DNA from: Felis catus
Lineage: Eukaryota
Reading direction: 5' to 3'
Assembly (NCBI RefSeq): GCF_018350175.1
Contig: NC_058383.1
Span: 11,720,001-11,784,000, forward strand
Length of the DNA stretch: 64,000 nucleotides
The notes under the pieces are model-generated. The model did not search any database. It saw only the letters and a list, made by a program, of their open reading frames with translations, and had not been told where the DNA came from. Positions 58,299-64,000 of this stretch are shown here, piece by piece. The translations under genes and the position numbers were made by a program. Numbering within the stretch: position 1 is the first letter of the stretch; the number at the start of each line of letters is the position of its first letter.

Positions 58299-59162
58299 AT
58301 GGTTTAGGGAAGGAGGTGACCAATGTAGGCTTCTGGGGAAGGGGAGGAAGCAGATTTCTGAGGCTTTAAGAGATCCTAAAACCCCTTCTCCCCTCTCCTT
58401 ATGCGTCTCAAACCCTGTCACTCCCTGTGACAGTGGTTTTTGCAGCTGGGTCTCATTCACAGTTCCTGATTCTCTGTTGTCTCCTCAACGGAGCCGTAAA
58501 TAATAGCTTTGGACTTTGAACACTGCTCAGATAAGCTGTGATTGGAAACATGGTCTGTGCCAGTGGAGCATGTGTCTCTGCCAGGGACAGCCTGTTGGAG
58601 CAGGAGATGGGACGCCCAGATGCATAATTACTACTGGGCTTCCAACAGCCCTCCACTCCAGGTTTACAGAAGCCCAACGAAATCAACAAAAGGTTTTGCT
58701 TCAAGCATCACTACCCATGGCTGCCGAGGTATCTTGGCTGTCCCGTGGGGGTATTTCCCACAAGGGCTGGGTGGGCAGAGGTTTGTGGGTCAAGGCGTGA
58801 GGGGTTTGGACATGACTAAGTTCTAGGCGGAAGCAGAAACCCAGTCAAACTCCTGGCATCAAGCTTCCTGTCTTTATGCAGGAACTGTATTCTTGTCCTC
58901 ATAGTACAGATTCAGAAACTGAGGCTTCGATGAGCTGTCACATCAAGCTGCAACGTTATATGCAGTGGAGATGAGAGGACTCGCCTTCTAGAATAGTCTC
59001 ATTTTGCCACAGCAATGCTTGCTCCGGTTCTGCTCCTGCTTGATGTTATGTATACCTTTTTGAAATCCACGATGCACGTAATGAGAAACTCTTCATTAAA
59101 AAAAAAAATAGGTGGTTACTTAACCTAGATCTCTCTATCGTATCCGAGCATTGAGCTCGCTC

Positions 59163-59351
59163 TTTCTTTTTTTAAGTTTATTTATTTGTTTTGAGAGAGA
59201 GAGGAGAGTGGGAGAGACAGAATATTCCAAGGAGGCTCCACGGTGTCAGCACAGAGCCCGATGTGGGGCTCAGACTCACGACCCGCGAGATCACGACCCA
59301 AGCCGAAATCAAAAGTCAGATGCTTCACCGACTGAGCCACCCAGGCGTCCC
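59163..59351 (-). mobile_element. SINEC (older type)
   Basis: Full structure; flanks agcattgagctc / agcattcagctc. Confidence 0.92.
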
Positions 59352-60019
59352 AAGCATTCAGCTCTTTCTTTACCAGATGCCTATTATGAAATCTGAGAAT
59401 GCAGAGTCCAAGAATCTTGCCACGGGTGGGACATTTGTGGCCCAAGAAAGAAAAATCGGTGAAAATCACCGGCCTTGATGGGGGCACCCAACCAACCCCT
59501 ACAACTACCAGTGAGGAATCGTTTCAGCTGGTAAATCTAAGTGACTGATACCATTTAAGGACACTTTGGTTGGCTGAGCTATGGTTTGCTTTAGACGACA
59601 AAAATCTCTCCCCCTCCCGTTCCGCCACTCAGCAAGATTGGCTTGCAACCCTACTGTTCAGCCAGGGTGTGAGGACAGCGGCCCTAACAGGTGTTTCGTG
59701 AAGAGATTTCAGACTCGGGGCACAGGCACTGCTAACTCTAGGGTGCAGGTGGCAGACCACGAGGAGAATCAGCCTCCCTGCCTTGACTCAGGATGCAGCA
59801 CGCGGCCGGCACTCGGAGGATGTGTGGTCCTGGGAAGCGTGAGGAGTTAGCACTGCTGATACACACACTGACACTCTCACACAGGCAACTCCTGCATATG
59901 GGTGATAAAAAGACAGAAGGCCCAACGGGACAGTGAGAGGAGCCGCGAGAAGGACGTTCGGAGAAAGGGAAGGCACCAAAGTTTCAAGCGTAAGACGAGA
60001 GCCCAAGCCCATGGGCAAA

Positions 60020-60440
60020 TTAGGAATCCGTCAAACGCCGTTTCACACGACAGGGGCTACTCCTTCATGCCTACAAATGGGTGAAAATCAGAGTGAGGTG
60101 GCACCGGCATTGGCGGGATGTGGAGCCTCGGGGGGAGGGGTGCAGGCGCTCTGCTGTCGGGGAGGGTGGACTGGTGTTGACGTTGTGGCAGAACCACATG
60201 GCACCCTCCGTGCAAATCACGCATGTGCATGATGCTGACCCAGCAGTTCTTTGCCTGGTGTCCAAACCAGGGAAAAATTCTCGGGGTCCATCACGGGACA
60301 TGAGCAAGAAAGTCTGGTGCGTCATAGTTTATGTTGAGGAAGTTGGGGGCAAGCTGGGCATTCATCACTTGAAGAGGGGACAGGGAGAGGTGATACAGGC
60401 TGAGCGACATAGTACAGCCATGCTGGTTGTTGAAATAGGG
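60020..60440 (+). mobile_element. Highly decayed, GC-shifted L1M ORF2 3' fragment
   Basis: ttggcgggatgtggag...tgacccagcagttct layout resembles the L1 ORF2 3' region. Confidence 0.45.
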
Positions 60441-60744
60441 AAACAGTGCGGGTCGATAACTGGCTGCGTCCCCTAACCCACTCAGAGCCTCTGTATCTCC
60501 TTTTGAGACCTACACAGTCCTCGTCTATGCAGCAACGAAAGATTAAAGTCCTGCACTTCGGGGACTTGTAGGACCCAGTTCAAGCACTGAGGCAGCTTCC
60601 TGATCGGGCTTTGTGTTGTACAAAGGTTAAATATTTTGGACGTTAACCTTTTGGACGGATCAGGTGAGGTGGGTTGACCCCATGGAATGTTAGCAGTTGG
60701 AAGCAATGGATGTGGAGAGAAGCTTGTGTCTTAAAAAAAGTTAA

Positions 60745-60985
60745 AAGTGAAAACAAGGAAGGCAAACCATAAAAGACTCTTAAATACAGAGAACAAACTG
60801 AGGGTTGATGGGGGAGTTGGGGGTGAGGGGAAGATGGGTGATGGGCATTGAGGAGGGCACTTGTTGGGATGAGCACTGGGTATTGTATGGAAGTGATGAA
60901 TCGTGGGAATCTATTCCCGCAGCCAAGACTATACTGTATACGCTGTATGTTAACTAACTTGACTATAAATTATTTTAAAAAAAAT
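60745..60985 (+). mobile_element. Carnivore L1 3' end
   Basis: ggcaaaccataaaagactcttaaatacagagaacaaactgagggttgatgg...ttgggatgagcactggg, A tail. Confidence 0.92.
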
Positions 60986-61136
60986 GAAAACAAAACAAAA
61001 CCCCCCAAACGAATAAAAAACTAGCTCTCGTGCAAAATGAACTGTTCTATGTCAATTGCATTTATGTAAATTAAAAATGACACGTATGCAAGACTGAAAT
61101 CCATACCTTGTAAGGACACATTCAAAAGCAAGATGA

Positions 61137-61385
61137 GGGGCACCCGGGTGGCTCCAGTCAGCTGAGGGTCCGACTCGACTTTGGCTCAGGTCATGATATC
61201 AGGATCGTGGGACCAAGCCCCATGTCGGGCTCCACCAGAGTGTGGAGCCTGCTTAAGATGATCTCTCTCTCTCTCTCTCTCCTTCTGCCCCTCTCCTCCA
61301 CTCGTGCTCTCTCTCTCTCTAAAATAAAATAAAATAAAATAAAATAAAATAAAATAAAATAAAATAAAATAAAATACGAAACAAA
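61137..61385 (+). mobile_element. SINEC (older type) with (AAAAT)n tail
   Basis: Head, (CT)n, (AAAAT)11 at 61321-61375. Confidence 0.92.
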
Positions 61386-61569
61386 AGAAAGATGAACGTA
61401 TACTACGACAATGATATGTAAGGAGGAAGAATGGGAGTGGGTTGTGGCTCTTAAAGGGAATGAATGAATGAGTGAATGAATGAATGAATGAATACAAGAG
61501 ATGGACAGGTCAATGGTGAGGATATATGGAGTTTGATCAACTCAACTGTCTTTATCTGTAGTACCAAAA

Positions 61570-61573
<4 letters not shown>

Positions 61574-61621
<48 letters not shown>
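61574..61621. repeat. (TA)n microsatellite
   Basis: Directly visible. Confidence 0.97.
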
Positions 61622-61624
<3 letters not shown>

Positions 61625-61911
61625 CTGAAACCCAGCCTTCTTCACCAGGCAACTGTTGAAAGCACGTTGACTGTATGAACGCATTTGATCTGGACAATAA
61701 CGCCAAGTCTGGGGCCCTACTTCCCTGGGGATCCAGTCCCTGGGTGCTTGTGTCTCTTCGCTATATCCCAGCAATGTCGGAGTCGTCCCAGTGGCTTTCC
61801 GAGAAGCCAAGGCTGACTAGACTGGGAAAGCCAGAGCAAACTATCCCGCCCGTGGCTCGGAGGTGGCCGGTAAGGTGTGCCAGGACACCCCTCCCTCCCC
61901 GTGAGCAAAGA

Positions 61912-62625
61912 CTGCAGTAGGTTCCTATTGCTGCGTAACAAATACCACAGATTTCGGGGCTTAAGGTCATTCGAATGTATAATTTTGTCATTCGGTGAGA
62001 GTCGGAAGTCTGACACAGGCTAACATCAAGGTGTCGGAGAGCCTGGGTGGCTCAGTTGGTTAAGTGTCTCAGTGTCGGCATCAAGGTGTCGGAGAGCCTG
62101 GGTGGCTCAGTTGGTTAAGTGTCTCAGTGTCGGCTCAGGTCATGATCTCATGGTTCATGGGTTCGAGTCCCTCATCGGGCTCTGTGCTGACAGCGCAGAG
62201 CCTGCTTGGGATTCTCTCTCTTTCTCCACGCGCCCCCCCATCCCTCCCCGACTCACGCTGTGTCTGTCTCTCTCAAAATAAATAAAATTTAAAAAAACAG
62301 GGTGTCAACTGGGCCATGTTCCTTTGTGAGGGCTTCAGGAGAGACTCTGTTTCCTCGCCTTTTCCAGCTTCTGGAAGCCACCGTGTGTCCCGGCTCATGG
62401 CCCTCGTCCTCCGTCCTCAGAGCCAGCAATGTTGTACCCCCGCTGAACATTCTCTCGTAGCCACACCTCCGTTTCTGACTCTGACTCGAGCTGGGAACAT
62501 TTCTTTAAAGGTGGTTAGGCTGAGTCATCTGGAGAAATCCAGAATACCCTCCCCATCTTAAGGTCCTTAACCAGAAGCACATCAGCAAAACCCCTTTTTC
62601 CACGTAAGATAGAATAACAGCAGAA
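61912..62625 (-). mobile_element. MaLR solo LTR, MLT1C/D-like, interrupted by a SINE
   Basis: cctattgctgcgtaacaaataccaca, ccttttccagcttctggaagcc, ccccatcttaaggtccttaac. Confidence 0.85.
62091..62298 (+). mobile_element. SINEC with duplicated 5' junction
   Basis: Flanks caaggtgtc / cagggtgtc; 55-bp perfect tandem duplication at 62024-62133. Confidence 0.93.
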
Positions 62626-62870
62626 AAGGGAGATGTAATCTTTTAGGTGCAGGTTGGGGAACGAAGGGCAATTTCTCGATAACGCGGATGTCCGTGGGAC
62701 CTCATTTATAATTCGATTGTTGATGACGTCTGCCAACATCTGAGCTGTACTGAAAATAGAGCCCTTTGCAAGAGATCAAAAAAGACTTTTTGGTGGGGGG
62801 GGGCGGTTGGAAATGAAATGAAAAGGGTTGAGGACAGCAGTCTGTCCTTTTGGCATTAAGAACAGCTGTT

Positions 62871-63092
62871 GGGGCGCCTGGGTGGCGCAGTCGGTTAAGC
62901 GTCCGACTCCAGCCAGGTCACGATCTCGCGGTCCGTGAGTTCGAGCCCCGCGTCGGGCTCTGGGCTGATGGCTCGGAGCCTGGAGCCTGGTTCCGATTCT
63001 GTGTCTCCCTCTCTCTCTGCCCCTCCCCCGTTCATGCTCTGTCTCTCTCTGTCCCAAAAATAAATAAACGTTGAAAAAAAAAATTTAAAAAA
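62871..63092 (+). mobile_element. Very young SINEC_Fc-type
   Basis: Near consensus; AAGAACAGCTG at 62858-62868 and 63093-63103. Confidence 0.97.
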
Positions 63093-63110
63093 AAGAACAG
63101 CTGAAGTGTT

Positions 63111-63291
63111 GGGTCACCTGGGTGGCTCAGTCAGTTGAGCAGCCGACTCTCGATTTCAGCTGCGGTCGCGATCGTGGGATTGAACGCCGTGTCGGGCTCC
63201 GTGCTGAGTATGCGGTCTGCTTAAGATTCTGTCTCTCTCCCTCTGCCACTCTCCCCCCTCTCACGCTCTCCCTCCCTCTAAATAAAAAAAA
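63111..63291 (+). mobile_element. SINEC (older type)
   Basis: Flanks aacagctgaagtgt / aatagttgaagtgt. Confidence 0.9.
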
Positions 63292-64000
63292 TAGTTGAAG
63301 TGTATATATGTATATATACCACATCTTCTCGATCATCTATCTATCTATCTATCTACCTACCTACCTAGGTGGCTTCCAAATACTTGAATAAAAAGGAAAA
63401 ATAAAAGAGAGTAGTTAAAGAAATTCCCAGTAGAATTTAAACGCTGCATTTTTTTCTTCCAAATCACTGACAGAGACAAAACCCAGCATTCCCCACACAT
63501 CAGAGGGCAACATTAGAAAGGGCTCACCAAGAGAGCATAAAGAGAACACGTTAAAAAGCGGGACAGAGGTTGGGTAAAGTGAAGCCGTTACGGCAAACAC
63601 AAAACTAACAGTGTAAATTCCACCGCCAAACAGACAAGAGTCTCAGACTAGGGGAATATATTTGTTTAAAGGATTGCTGTGCTTGAAACATATACCTCAA
63701 GAGAAATGACTTCCCGAGTCTAAAAAACAAAGTCGAGAACAGTAATCTTAATGGAAACAGGGAAGGTGACTGCCGGTGGGAGGGACAGTAACAGGAGCAT
63801 TTAAGGCATAACCTGTTGGCCGTGATAAGCAGGAAAATCACTTCTATGAAAATGTATGATCAATACTAAGGTCTCAAGGTTTCCCACACAGATCTATGCC
63901 CCCCCCCCCCCCATATGCCACACATGCTTCAACATACTTCCAAAGTGACAAATGACTCAGGATGGGCTGTGGATCTGGGCGGGTGGAGAAGTTTGTTAAA

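Overview
Mammalian non-coding DNA, almost certainly from a cat-family (Felidae) genome. The basis is about 37 tRNA-derived carnivore SINEs, several of the young feliform SINEC_Fc type with intact target-site duplications (TSDs), plus carnivore L1 3' ends. I see no credible protein-coding gene, rRNA, functional tRNA or CRISPR array. The long ORFs in the track come from simple repeats or decayed L1 ORF1/ORF2 remnants, so the window is intergenic or deep intronic. Old repeats include MIR, L2, MLT1/MLT2 and LTR16-like LTRs and L1M pieces, often nested. Family labels were assigned by eye from remembered consensus features, so subfamily calls and boundaries are approximate. Several repeat-free, homeodomain-motif-rich islands look like enhancers or conserved non-coding elements, but this cannot be confirmed without alignments. 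The most unusual structure is a ~690-bp element at 38452-39137 with long CpG-decayed terminal inverted repeats, nested hairpins and a perfect YY1 consensus; it is a candidate ancient non-autonomous DNA transposon that I cannot assign to a family. Also notable are a 1.09-kb almost purine-free higher-order (TTTC/TTCC) tract, an AT-rich palindrome grown from a SINE tail, a SINE with a multiplied B-box segment, and CpG-rich ancient repeats suggesting GC-biased evolution. I cannot claim a new biological system from the sequence alone.
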